64,000 bases of DNA from the human T2T-CHM13v2.0 reference genome, Homo sapiens. The translations under genes and the position numbers were made by a program. The notes below the pieces were generated by a model that saw nothing but the letters and a program-made list of their open reading frames with translations, was not told where the DNA came from and searched no databases. Positions 12,293-23,860 of the stretch are shown here, piece by piece. Positions within the stretch are counted from its first letter, which is position 1; each line of letters starts with the position of its first letter. The stretch lies in NCBI RefSeq assembly GCF_009914755.1, contig NC_060939.1; one strand, 5' to 3'.

Positions 12293-14067
12293 AGCCTAGG
12301 TGAGAGTTTTGGAAGAGGATGCTGGGATTCTGAGGTCCCTGACAGAGTAAATGTATTTTGGGCTGGAGACCTTGAGGCCCTGAAGGGCATCTGGTGGGCC
12401 CACCCCTATCTCTGTGCTCCTCCGTGAGGCAGCCCAGGCTCCCTGTGCTGGCTTGGTATCTGGGCTCCGGATCCCTGGTTATGGGGCATGTTGGAGTCTC
12501 CTTCCTGAGTCCCCGTTCTCCCCTGTGTCTTTTGGTGAGCTCTTCTGCCCAAGTGGTCCCCGCGGCCTTGAGCGGCATAGGTGAGTGCATCCTGTTTCGG
12601 TCATGGGCCATGAGTGATGCAGCATGGGGTCCTCGACATTCAGCCTTCGGGCCACTAGGGTTTTCTCAGGCTGCCAACCTACTCCCCACCAGGGAGCAAT
12701 GGTTTCTCCAGGAGGGCCACTTCCTTGGGAATCTGACCCAAGGAGCACATCTTTCCTGAAGCCCTGCAGGGGTGACAGTGGTCCAGGCAGCAAAGGGTTC
12801 CTTCAGCCCAATGTAGGGCAGCTCCCAGCTGAAACTCGGTGGACAGCTCAGGCCTGGAGTACTGTCCAGGGCACATGGGGAGGAGGGGCACAGGGAATGT
12901 GGCGCACCCTAGAGGTTACACTGGAGTTCTCTCTCCCTGGAGAGGGGTGAGTGATTGGGCCCACACAGTCAGGCTGTGAAGATTCAAGGAATGCTCCACA
13001 CCCATGGCCTTGAATGGGACCAACCCTGTTGAGCAGTGGGCCATCTTATGGTACCTCCTTGAGTCTGGTGAGGGATGGCACTGTTTCAGTGAGGTTGGGT
13101 CAAGACTGAGCTCTGGCTGGCACCTGGTGCTGCTGCAGGCCCTGGGACTTGGGGGCCTTCAGTCAAGGGGGCAGCTCTGATCCTGCTGGGGACAAACCTT
13201 CCTTGAGGTCCAGTGGTGAAGAGTGTCCTCCTAAGGTGGGAAGGCCTGCTGTCAAGGGAATTTGCCACCCAGGCTGCTTCTGAGCCTTGGGGTCACCTCA
13301 GGGTGGCAGGGTCTTGTGCCCAAGGAAAGGAGAAGACACCATCTGGTTCCTGATTGGCTGAGTGTAGCCGGGCTCTGTGTGTCGGAGTTGGGCAGGGCAT
13401 GGATGGGGACCCACCAGAGAAAGTGTGGCCCAGGGGCCCCCCAGGCTTGGAGAGGGCACCAGGGCCGGTGCCCACAATGCTCAGGTGCTGGCTCTGGGAG
13501 GGCCAGGTCTGCAGCGGCTTTTGGCATCTGGCCAACCACCTTGGTTGGCCAGGAGCTGGTTGATGGCCCTGTCCTGTGTCCTGTGCCCTGTGCCCTGTGT
13601 CCCTGGTATGGCCCTGGGGTCATGTGTGGGAGCTGGCCTGAGCAGTGGAGGTGCTCTTGGGGCCTGCAGTAGGGTACAGCCTAGGCATCTTGCCTGAGCC
13701 AGCACTGTCTTTTGCTTTCCCTGTCTTTCCAGGGTTTGGTGGCAGAGAGGGCAAAGGATGCCCCACATCTGTGTTGGGTCAGTGTTCAGCATGGATCCCA
13801 TCACATGGGTATCCCTTAGCCCCTTCCCTGCATTGATATGTGAGGCCCTGGTTGGACACATGTCCTCCTTCTGTCCCTCTAGATGGTGAGCCTGGAGGAA
13901 GATGTGTGGGACCCGCAGGCCGAGGGCCAGTGTCTCTCAGCCAGGTGCTCAGCCCCCAGTGGGCTGAAACTCTGACCCTTCCTGGCACCCTGCTCTCCTG
14001 CACTGTGCTGTGGTGAGCACATCCGGGTTCCACTGGATGTTTGTGCAGGGAGGGGGTTCCCTGGGTT

Positions 14068-14084
14068 GGGTCAATGATGAGAAC
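14068..14084 (+). pseudogene. 5' fragment of a SNORD115 copy (stem arm + box C only)
   Basis: gggtcaatgatgagaac is fused directly to mid-unit sequence agggccacatgagggg; ~650 bp deleted. Confidence 0.85.
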
Positions 14085-15286
14085 AGGGCCACATGAGGGG
14101 GGCCAGAGGGGCTACAGAGTGCCATGGGGTAACAAGGGAGCTCTTGGTCCCTGGAGTGTGGTGTGTGAATGGGCCCATGGGGTTGGGTAGCAGAGATTCA
14201 AGGATCCTGCTCTACCCATGGCCCTGAATGTGACCATCGCTGTTGAGCAATGGGCCATCCCAGTGGGTCTCCTGGGGCCTGGTTGGGGGGCGGAGTTGTT
14301 TCCCTGGGATTGGGTCAAGGTTGACTCTGGCTGGCACCTGGTGGTGTTGCAGGTCAGCCCTGGGACTCATGGGCTTTGGGCCAGGGACAGCCCGCATCCC
14401 GCTGGGGGTCACCCAAGTGTTGTGAAGGGTGGCCTCCTGAGTTGGGAAGGCCCGCTATTGAGGCATCTGTACTGGGAATTTGTTGCTCACGCTGCATGGG
14501 AGCCATGGTATCACCTCCAGGGTGGCAGTCTTGGGACCAAGCAAAGGAGGGGGCAGCATGAGACTCCGGATTGGCTATGTGTGACTGGCTATGTGTCTTG
14601 GAGGTATGTGGAGTATGGATGGGGACCCACCAGAGAAAACAAGTGACCCTGAGGCCCCATGCTGTCTTTTCTGGTGCCTGCATGGAGAGGGTGCCTGTAC
14701 GCATGCCCACCATGCCCAGGGGCAGGCTGTGCCACTGTCAGGTCTGCAGTAGCATGTGGCATCTGGGCCAGCCTCCTTGGTTGGCTGTGACCTGGCTGGT
14801 GGCCCGGACCTCTGCCCAGTGGTCCCAGGGCAGCCCTAGGGTCATGCGGAGGAGCAGTTTTGGCCAGTGGAGGTGCCCTTGGGTCCTGCAGTCGTGCATA
14901 CCCTGGGCGTTTTGCCTGAGCCCAGTGACCTACCTGCCTTGTCCTTCCCGGGTTCGGTGGCAGGGAGAGACACTTGCATAGGTGATGAGTCAGTATTTCG
15001 CATGGATCTCATCACATGTGTCCATGGAGGGGGAGCAAGCGTGAGCTGGCACCCAACACCCCTTTCTCCACATGGAGGGTGGTCACATGTTCTCCACCTG
15101 TTCCCCTAGATGGTGAGACTTCTGTTGGGCTTGCTTTTCCTGGGCCAGTGTCCATCAGCCAGGTGCTCAGCCATCGGTGCGCTGAAGCTCCAGCCCTTCC
15201 TGGTGCCCTGATCTCCTGCACTGAGCTGTGATGAGTACATCCGGGTTCCACTGGATGCATGTGCGGGAAGGGGGGTGCCCTGGGTT

Positions 15287-15368
15287 GGGTCAGTGATGAG
15301 AACCTTATATTGTCCTGAAGAGAGGTGATGACTTAAAAATCATGCTCAATAGGATTACGCTGAGGCCC
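15287..15368 (+). ncRNA. SNORD115-26: SNORD115 copy (inferred -26)
   Basis: Box C GTGATGA; canonical D', C', ASE, D. Confidence 0.93.
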
Positions 15369-17166
15369 AGCCTGGGGGAGAATTTTGGAAAAGGATGCTG
15401 GGATCCCAGGGTCCCCAACAGGGCCACTGTATTTTGGACCTGGGACCTGGTGGCTCTGAAGGGCATCTGGAGGTGGCCCAACCTGTCTCTGCACTCTAGT
15501 TTCCCTGTGTGGGCTTGGTGTCGGTGCTCCAGTTCCCTGGGGGCAGGGAATGTTGATGGCTCCTTCCTGAGTCCCTGTTCTCGCCTTTGTCTTTCAGTGA
15601 GCTCTTTCACCTAGGAGGGCCCCTTGGCATTGACTGGCATAGGTGAGTGGATCCTGCTGGTGTTATGGATCATGAGCCAGACCATATGGGGTCCCCAAGG
15701 ATCAGCCTTTGGGCCACAAGGGTTTTCTCAGGGAGCTGACCTGAATTTCCACCTGAGACGGAAAGGTTCTCCTGGAAGGCAGGCTTTTTGGAATCGGACC
15801 CAAGGAGGACACCTTCTCTGAAGCCCTGAAGGGGTGATGGTGGTCCAGGCAGGAAAGGGTTCCTTCTGCCTAACATAGGACAGTGCCTAGTTGAGACTCG
15901 GTGCTGCAGTAAGGCCTTGAGGACTGCCCAGGCTACATGAGGGGGGCCAGAGGGGCTACGGGGCACCACAGGGTTAATGGTGACCTCTTGGTCCCCAGAG
16001 TGTGGTGCGTGAATGGACCCATGGTGTTGGGTTGTGGAGATTCAAGGATAGTGCCCCACCTATGGCCCTGAATGCAACTGTCCCTGTTTAGCAATGGGCC
16101 ATCTCAGTGGGTCTCCTGGAGCCTGGTGGGGGGCAGAGTTGTTTCCTTGTGACTGGGTTAAGGTAGAGCTCTGGCCAGCACCTGGTGGTGTGGCAGGTCA
16201 GCCCTGGGACTCTTGGGCTTTTGACCAAGGGGCAGCCTGTATCCCGCTGGGGGTCATCCTATCTCTGAGGTCAAGTGTCGTGAAGGGTGGCCTCCTGAAG
16301 TGGGAAGGCTCGCTGTCGAGGGACCTGTCCTAGGATTTTATTGCTCAGGCTGCTTCTGAGCCATGGTGTCACCTCTAGGGTGATGGGGTCTTGGGAACAA
16401 GCAAAGGGGAGGGCACCATGTTGCTCCGGATTGGGCAAGTGTGGCCCAGCTCTGTGTGTGTGAGGTGTGCAGAACATGGATGGTGACCCACCAGAGAAAG
16501 CACATGGCCCTGTAGCTCTAGGTTGTGATTTCCGTGCACACTTGGAGACAGCATCTTGATGTGTGCCCAACACGCCCAGGGGCAGACTATGCGATAGCCA
16601 GGTCTGCAGCGGTGTGTGGCATCTGGGCCAGCCACCTTTGTTGGCCATGAGCTGGCTCATGGCCCTGACCCATGCCCACTGGTGTCAGGGGGCCCTGGCG
16701 TCGTGTGAGGAGCCATCTGTGGCAGTGGAGGTAGACTCAGGGCCTGCAGTATGGCGCAACCCATGCATTTTGCCTGAGCTCAGTGACCTACCTGCCCTGT
16801 TCCTCCAGGGTTTGGTGGCAGGGGGAGCCAAGGGTGCCCCACATTGGTGACGAGTTAGTACTTCACATGGATCTCATAACATGTGTCCGTGGAGGGCAAG
16901 CAAATGTGAGCCCGCACCCACTACTGCCTTCCCCACATGGAGGTCAGTTTGGACACATATCATCCTGCTGTCCCCCAAATGGTGAGACCGAAGAAGACTT
17001 GCCCTGGGCCCTCTGTTCTTGGGCCAGTGTCAGTCAGCCAGGTGCCCAGCTCTAAGTGCGCTGAAGCTTGGGCCTTTCCTGGAATGCTCGGCTCCCGCAC
17101 TGAGCCAGGGTGAGCACATCCGGGTACTGCTGGATGCATGTGTGGGGCAGGGGTGCGCCCTGGGTT

Positions 17167-17248
17167 GGGCTGATGATGAGAACCTTATATTGTCCTGAAA
17201 AGAGGTGATGACTTAACAATCATGCTCAATAGGATTACATTGAAGCCC
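17167..17248 (+). ncRNA. SNORD115-27: SNORD115 copy (inferred -27), box D mutated
   Basis: Stem GGGCT/AGCCC; ...GGATTACA-TTGA (D = TTGA). Confidence 0.87.
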
Positions 17249-19016
17249 AGGATAGGTAAGAATTAGGGAAGATGATGCAGGGATCCCAAGATCTCCAGCT
17301 AGACCACACTTATTTTGCACTGGAGAACTTGAGAACTTGAAGGGCATCTCAGGGGAGCCCAACCCTGTCTCTGAGCTCCTTCGTGAGGCAGCCCAGGCTC
17401 CCCTTGCGGGCTTGGTGTCTGTGCTCCGCTTCTCCAGGGACAGGGCAATTTGGTGTTCCTTCCTGAATGCTCCTTCTTCCCTGTGTCCTTCAGTGAGCTC
17501 TTCTGCCCAGGTGGGGTCCCTAGCTTTGAGCGGCATAGGTCAGTGCATCCTGTTGGGGTCATGGGCCATGAGTGAGGCAGCATGGGGTTGGTGAGAGTCA
17601 GCCTTCAGGCCACTAGGGTTTTCTCAGGGAGCCAACCGATTACTCACCGGGAGGGATGGTTCCTCCAGGAGGGTCACTTCTTGGGAATCTGACCCTAGGA
17701 GCACACATTTCCTGAAGCTCGGCAGGGAGATGGTGGTCCAGGCAGGAAAGGGTTCCTTCAACCTAACGTAGGGCAGTTCCCAGCTGAAACTAGGTGGGCA
17801 GGTGAGGCTTGAGGACTGCCCAGTCCACATGAAAGGGGCCACAGGGGCTTTGGGGTGCCCTGGGAGTCATGCTGGAGTTCTTCCCCCAAGAGGGATGGGT
17901 GATAGGGTCCACGTGGTCAGGCTGCGGAGATTCAAGGAATGCCACCCACCCATGGCCCTGAATGGGACCAACCCTGTTGAGCAATGGGCCATTTTCGGCA
18001 TGTTTCAATGCAGTTGGGTCAAGGCTGAGCGCTGGCTGGTGCCTGGTGGTGCTGCAGGCCGGCCCTGGGGCTCATGGGCTTTATGCCAAGGGGGCAACTC
18101 CCATCCCACTGGGGTAATCCCTTCCTTGAGGTCCAGTGGTGGGAAGGGTGGCCTCCTGAGGTGGGCAGACCTGCTGTCAAGGGACCTGTCCTGGGAATTT
18201 GCCACCTAGGCTGCTTCTGAGCCATGGGGTCACCTCCAGGATGGCGGGGTCTTCAGCCCAAGGAAAGGAGAGGACACCATGTGGTTTCTGATTGGCTGAG
18301 TGTGGCCTGGCTGTATGTGTGGGAGGTGTGCAGGGCATGGATGGGGACTCATCAGAGAAAGAATGTGGCCCTGGAGGCCCCCAGGCTTTGATTTCTGGTG
18401 TGTGCTTGGAGTGGGCACCAGGGTGGCCCTACCATGCCCAGGGGCAAGGTCTTTGCCTGCCAGGTCTGGAGTGGCTCCTGGCATCAGGACCACCCTCCTT
18501 GGCTCAACCAACCTTCAGCAGGTTGGCTGCCTTGGCCCGTGCCCCATGGTCCCGGTACGACCCTGGGGTTGTTCGGGGGATCTGGCCCAGGCAGTGGAGG
18601 TGCTCTTGGGGCCCACAGTAGGGCACAGCCCAGGCCTCTTGCCCCAGCCCAGTAACCCACTTGCCCTGTCTTTCCAGGGTTTTGTGGCAGGGAAGGCCAA
18701 GGGTGCTCTGCGTCCATGTTGGGTCAGTGTTCTGTAAGGATTCCATTACAAGGGTATCCCCTACCCACCTTCCCTACATTGATACATGAGGCCCTGGTTG
18801 GACACATGTCCTCCTCCTGTCCCTACAGATGGTGACCCTGAAGAAAGACTTCAGTTGGGCCTGAAGGCCCCGGGCCAGTGTCCATCATCCAGGTGCTCAG
18901 CTCCCAGTGCACTGAAGCTCAGACCCTTCCTGGTTCCCTGGTCTCTTGCACTGAGCTCTGGTGAGCACAACTGGGTGCTGCTGGATGCATGCATGGGGAG
19001 GGGGGTGCCCTGGGTT

Positions 19017-19098
19017 GGGGTGGTGATGAGAACCTTGTATTCTTCTGAAGAGAGGTGATGACTTAAAAACCATGCTCAATAGGATTACACTTAGGCCG
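19017..19098 (+). ncRNA. SNORD115-28: SNORD115 copy (inferred -28), box D mutated, likely non-functional
   Basis: D = CTTA, ASE ends ACA, stem GGGGT/GGCCG degraded. Confidence 0.85.
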
Positions 19099-19915
19099 AA
19101 CCTAGGTGAGAATGTTGGAAGAGGACGTTGGGATCCTATTATCCCTGGCAGAGCCACTGTATTTTGGGCTGGAGACCTGGAGGCCCTGAAAGGGCATCTG
19201 GAGGGGGCCCAACCCTGTCTCTGTGCTCCTGCATGAGGGTCCCCAGGCTCCCTGTCCAGCCTTGGTGTTGGTGCTCTGGTACCCTGGGGATGGAACAAGT
19301 TGGTGGCTCTTTCCTGAGCCCCCATTCTCCCTTTGTGTCTTTCAGTGAGCTTTTCTGCCCAGGTGGGCACCCTGGCATTGATTAGCCTCCTTGGTTGTCC
19401 ATGACCTGGCTGGTGGCCCGATCCTGTGCCCAGTGGTCCCAGGGCAGCCCTGGCATCATACGGGGCAGCTGTTTTGGGCAGTGGAGGTGCTCTCCAGGCC
19501 TGAAGTATGGCACAGCCTGGGCATTTTACCTGAGACCAGTGACCTGCCTGCCTTGTCCTTCCTGGGTTCGGTGGCAGGGAGGGCCAAGGGTGCCCTGCGT
19601 CAGTGATGAGTCAGTATTTTGTGTGGATCTCATCACCTGTCCATGGAGGGAAAGCAAGCATGAGCTGGCACCCAACACCCCCTTCTCCGCATGGAGGGTG
19701 GTCACATGTCCTCCACCTGTGCCCCCAGATGGTGAGACTTGAGGAAGACTTCCACTGGGCCTGCTTTTCCTGAGCCAGTGCCCATCACCCAGGTGCTCAG
19801 TCCCTGGTGCACTGAAGCTCCAGCCCTTCCTGGCGCCCTGGTCTCCTGAACTGAGCTGTGGTGAGCACATCCGGGTTTCACTGGATGTTTGTGCGGGGAG
19901 GGGGTTCTCTGGGTT

Positions 19916-19997
19916 GGGTCAATGATGAGAACCTTATATTGTCCTGAAGAGAGGTGATGACTTAAAAATCATGCTCAATAGGATTACGCTGAGGCCC
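19916..19997 (+). ncRNA. SNORD115-29: SNORD115 copy (inferred -29)
   Basis: Fully canonical. Confidence 0.94.
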
Positions 19998-21872
19998 AGC
20001 CTAGGGGAGAATTTTGGCAGAGGATGCCGGGATCCCAAGATTTCCGGGAGGGCCACTTGTATTTTGGGTTGGAGACCTGGAGGCCCTGAAGGGCGTCTGG
20101 AGGTGGCCCAGTGCTTTCTTTGCGCTCCTCTGTGAGGCAGCCCAGGCTCCCTTTGTGGGCTTGGTGTTTGCGCTCCTCTTCTCCAGTGATGGGGCACGTT
20201 GGGGGCTCCTCCCTGAGTCCTGGTTCTCCCCTTGTGTCTTTCAGTGAGCTCTTCTGCCAAGCGGTTCCCCTGGCATTGACCAACATAGGTGAGTGGATCC
20301 TGCTGGCATCATGGGCTATGAGCTAGGCCGCATGGGTTTGCTGAGGGTCAGACTTCAGGCCCCAAGGGTTTCCTCAGGGAACCGACCTCAATTCCCACCA
20401 TGTGACTGCCAGGTTTGCAACAGTGCATAGCTTCCGAGCTACCCTCCTTGGTTGGCCGGGAGCTGGTTGGAGGCTGTGGCCCATGCCTAGTAGTCACAGG
20501 GCAGGCAGACTGCCCTGTTTTTTCAGGGTGTGGTGACGGGGAGGGCCAAGGGTGCCCTGCATCCATGATGGGTCAGGGATTTCAGGAGGGATGGTTTCTC
20601 CAGGAGGGCAGCTTCCTTGGGAATCTTACCCAAGGAGGATGTCTTCCCTGAAGCCCTGCAGGGGTGACGATGGTCCAGATAGCAAAGGTTTCCTTCAGCC
20701 CCATGCAGGACATCACCTAGTTGAGATATGGTATGTGGGTCAGGCCTTGAAGACTGCCCAGGCCACCTGAGGGGCCCAGAAGGGCTCTGGGGTGCCACAG
20801 GTGTTATGTAGGAGCTCTCAGTCCCCAGACTTGTTTCGTGGGGTTGGTGACGGGGTTGGGTTGTGGAGGTTCAAGGATTTCATCCCACCTGTGACCCTGA
20901 ATGGGGCCAACCCTGTTGAGCAACAGGCCATCCCAATGGCACGTATTGAGCCTGGTGGGGTGTGGTGCAGTTTCAATAGGGTTGAGTCAAGGCTGAGATC
21001 CATCTGGTGCTTGGTGCTGCTGCTGGCCAGCCCTGGGACCCGTGGGCTTTGGGCTAAGGGGGTAGCCCACATCCTATTGAGGGTAACCCATTCTCCGAGT
21101 TTGAGTAACGGTTAACAGTGGCATTCTGAGGTGGGAAGGCCCACTGTCTAGGGTCCTATACTGGGAATTTGCCACCCCGGGTTCTTCTGAGACAAGTGGT
21201 CACCTCCAGGGTCATGGGGTCTTGGGCCCAAGGAAAGGAGAAGATACCATGTGGCCCTTGATTGGCTACATGTGGCCCAGGTCTGTTTGGGAGGTGTGTG
21301 GGATGTGGATGGGGTCCCACCAATGAAAGCACATGGCCTGGGTCCCCAGGCTGTGATTTTCAGTGCACACTTGGAGAGGGTGCCTCGGCGGGTACCTACC
21401 ACATCCATGGGCAGGCTATGTGACTACCAGGTTTGCAACAGTGCATAGCTTCCAAGCTACCCTCCTTGGTTGGTCGGGAGCTGGTTGGAGGCTGTGGCCC
21501 ATGCCTAGTGGTCACAGGGCAGGCAGACGGCCCTGTTTTTTCAGGGTATGGTGATGGGGAGGGCCAAGCATCCATGATGAGTCGGTGTTCCACATGGAAC
21601 CCATTACGTGGGTATCTCTTACCCCTTCCTCATATGGAGATGTGAGGCCCTATTTGGACACATATCCTCCTCCTGTACCCCCAGATGGTGAGCCTGGAGG
21701 AAGACTTGCGTTGGGCCCAAAGGCCCTAGACCAGTGTCTGTCAGCCAGGTTCCCAACCCCCGATGCGCTGAAGCTCAAGCCTTTCCTGGCACCCTGGTCT
21801 CCTGCACTGAGCTGTGGTGAGTATATCCTGGTCCTGCTGGATGCATGTGCAGGGAGGTGGGTGCCTTGGGTT

Positions 21873-21954
21873 GGGTCAATGATGAGAACCTTATATTGTT
21901 CTGAAGAGAGGTGATTATTTAAAAATCATGCTCAATAGGATTACGCTGAGGCCC
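21873..21954 (+). ncRNA. SNORD115-30: SNORD115 copy (inferred -30)
   Basis: C' GTGATTA variant; C, D and ASE intact. Confidence 0.92.
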
Positions 21955-23778
21955 AGCCTAGTTGAGAATTTTGGAGGAGGACACTGGGATACCGAAGTCC
22001 CCCGCAGGGACTCTGTATTTTGGGCTGGAGACCTTGAAGCCCTGAAGGGCATCTGGAGGTGGCCCAACCTGTCTCTGTGCTCCTCCCTGAGGCAGCCCAG
22101 GCTCCTTTTGTGGGCTTGGTGTTGGGGCTCCAGTTCCCCAGGTCAGGGAATATTGGTAGCTCTTTACTGAGCCCCTGTTCTCCCTTTGTGTCTTTCAGTG
22201 AGCTCTTCTGCCCAGGCGGGCCCCCTGGAATTGATGGGTATAGGTGAGTGCATCCTGCTGGGGTCATGGGCCATGAGCCAGGCCACGTGGGGTCACCAGG
22301 GGTCCCCCTTCTGGCCATGAGGGTTTTCTCAGGGAACCGACCTGAATTACCACTGGGGAGGCATAGGTTCTCCAGGAGGGCGGCTATTTTGGGAATCGGA
22401 TCCAAGGGGGACACCTTCCCTGAAGCCCTGTGGGTGTGATGGTGGTCCAGGCAGGAAAGGGTCCCTTCCACCCCACACAGGGCAGCTCATAGCTGAGAGT
22501 TGATGCTCAGGTCAGGCCTCAAGGATTTCCCAGGCCACATGAGGGGGACAGAGGAGCTCTGGGTGCCACGGGGGTCACATAGGAGCTCTCAGTATTCGGT
22601 ATGTCATGCACAAATGGGCCTCTTGGGTTGGATTGTGGAGATTAAAGGATCGCGCACCACCGTGGCCCTGAATAGGACCGTCCTTATTGAGCAATGGGCC
22701 ATCCCAGTGAGTCTCCTGGAGCCTGGTGGAGGGGAGGGGGTGGCATTGTTTCCCTGGGGATGGGTCAAGGCAGAGCTCTGGCCAGCACCTTGTGGCTTCT
22801 GCAGGTCAGCCTTGGGACTCATGGGCATTGGGCCAAGGGGGAGCCCGCGTCCCACTGGGGGTCACCCTTTTTCCGACGTCAAGTATCTGGAAGAGTGGCC
22901 TCCTGATGTGGGAAGGCCTGCTGTCGAGGGACGTGTCCCAGGAGTTTGTCGCTCAAGTTTCTTCTGAGCTTTGGGGTCACATCCAGGGTGGCGGGGTCTT
23001 GGGCCCAAGCAAAGCAGAGGGCACCAAGTGTCTCCTGATTGGCCATGTGGCTGTCTCTGTGTGTGGGAGGTTTACAGAGTATGGATGGGGACCCACCAGA
23101 GGAAGCACGTGGCCCTGCAGCACCAGGCTGTGATTTCTGTTGCACACTTGGAGAGGTTGCCTGGACACGTGCCCTTCATGCCCAGTGACAGACTATGCAA
23201 CTACCAGGTCTGCAGCAGGGTGTGACATCTGGGCTAGCCTCCTTGGTTGGCCGCCACCTGGCTGGTGGCCCGGATCTGTGCCCAACAGTCCCAGTGCAGC
23301 ACTGGGGTCATGCAGGGGAGCTGTTTTGGACAGTGGAGGTGCTCTCGGGGCCTGCAATATGATGCAGCCTGGGCGTTTTGCTCAAGCCCAGTGACCCACC
23401 TGCCCTTTCCTTTCTGGGTTCAGTGGAAGGGAGGGCCAACAGTGTAGTGCGTACTTAACAAGTCAGTATTTCACATTGAACTCATCACATGTGTCCATGG
23501 AGGGCAAGCAAAGGTGAGCTGGCACCCCCGACCCCCTTCCCCAAACGGAGGTCAGTTTGGGCACACGTCTCCCTCCTGTCTCCCCAGATGGTGACCCCGG
23601 AGGAAAATTTGTGTTGGGCCCACTATCCCTGGGCCAATGTCAGTCAGCTAGGCACCCAGCCCCCAGTGCGCTGAAGCTCAGGACCTTCCTAGTGCCCTCG
23701 GCTCCTGCACTGAGCTCTGGTGAGTCCATCTGGGTCCTGCTGGATGCATGAGCTGGGGGCGGGAGGGTGCCCTGGGTT

Positions 23779-23860
23779 GGGTCAGTGATGAGAACCTTAT
23801 ATTGTCCTGAAGAAAGGTGATGACTTAAAAATCATGCTCAATAGGATTACACTGAGGCCC
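23779..23860 (+). ncRNA. SNORD115-31: SNORD115 copy (inferred -31)
   Basis: Boxes intact; ASE ends ACA (G>A). Confidence 0.92.

Noticed and set aside
13569-13605. Short (CCCTGTG)-like tandem expansion
   Set aside because: Unit-private slippage in an intron; trivial.
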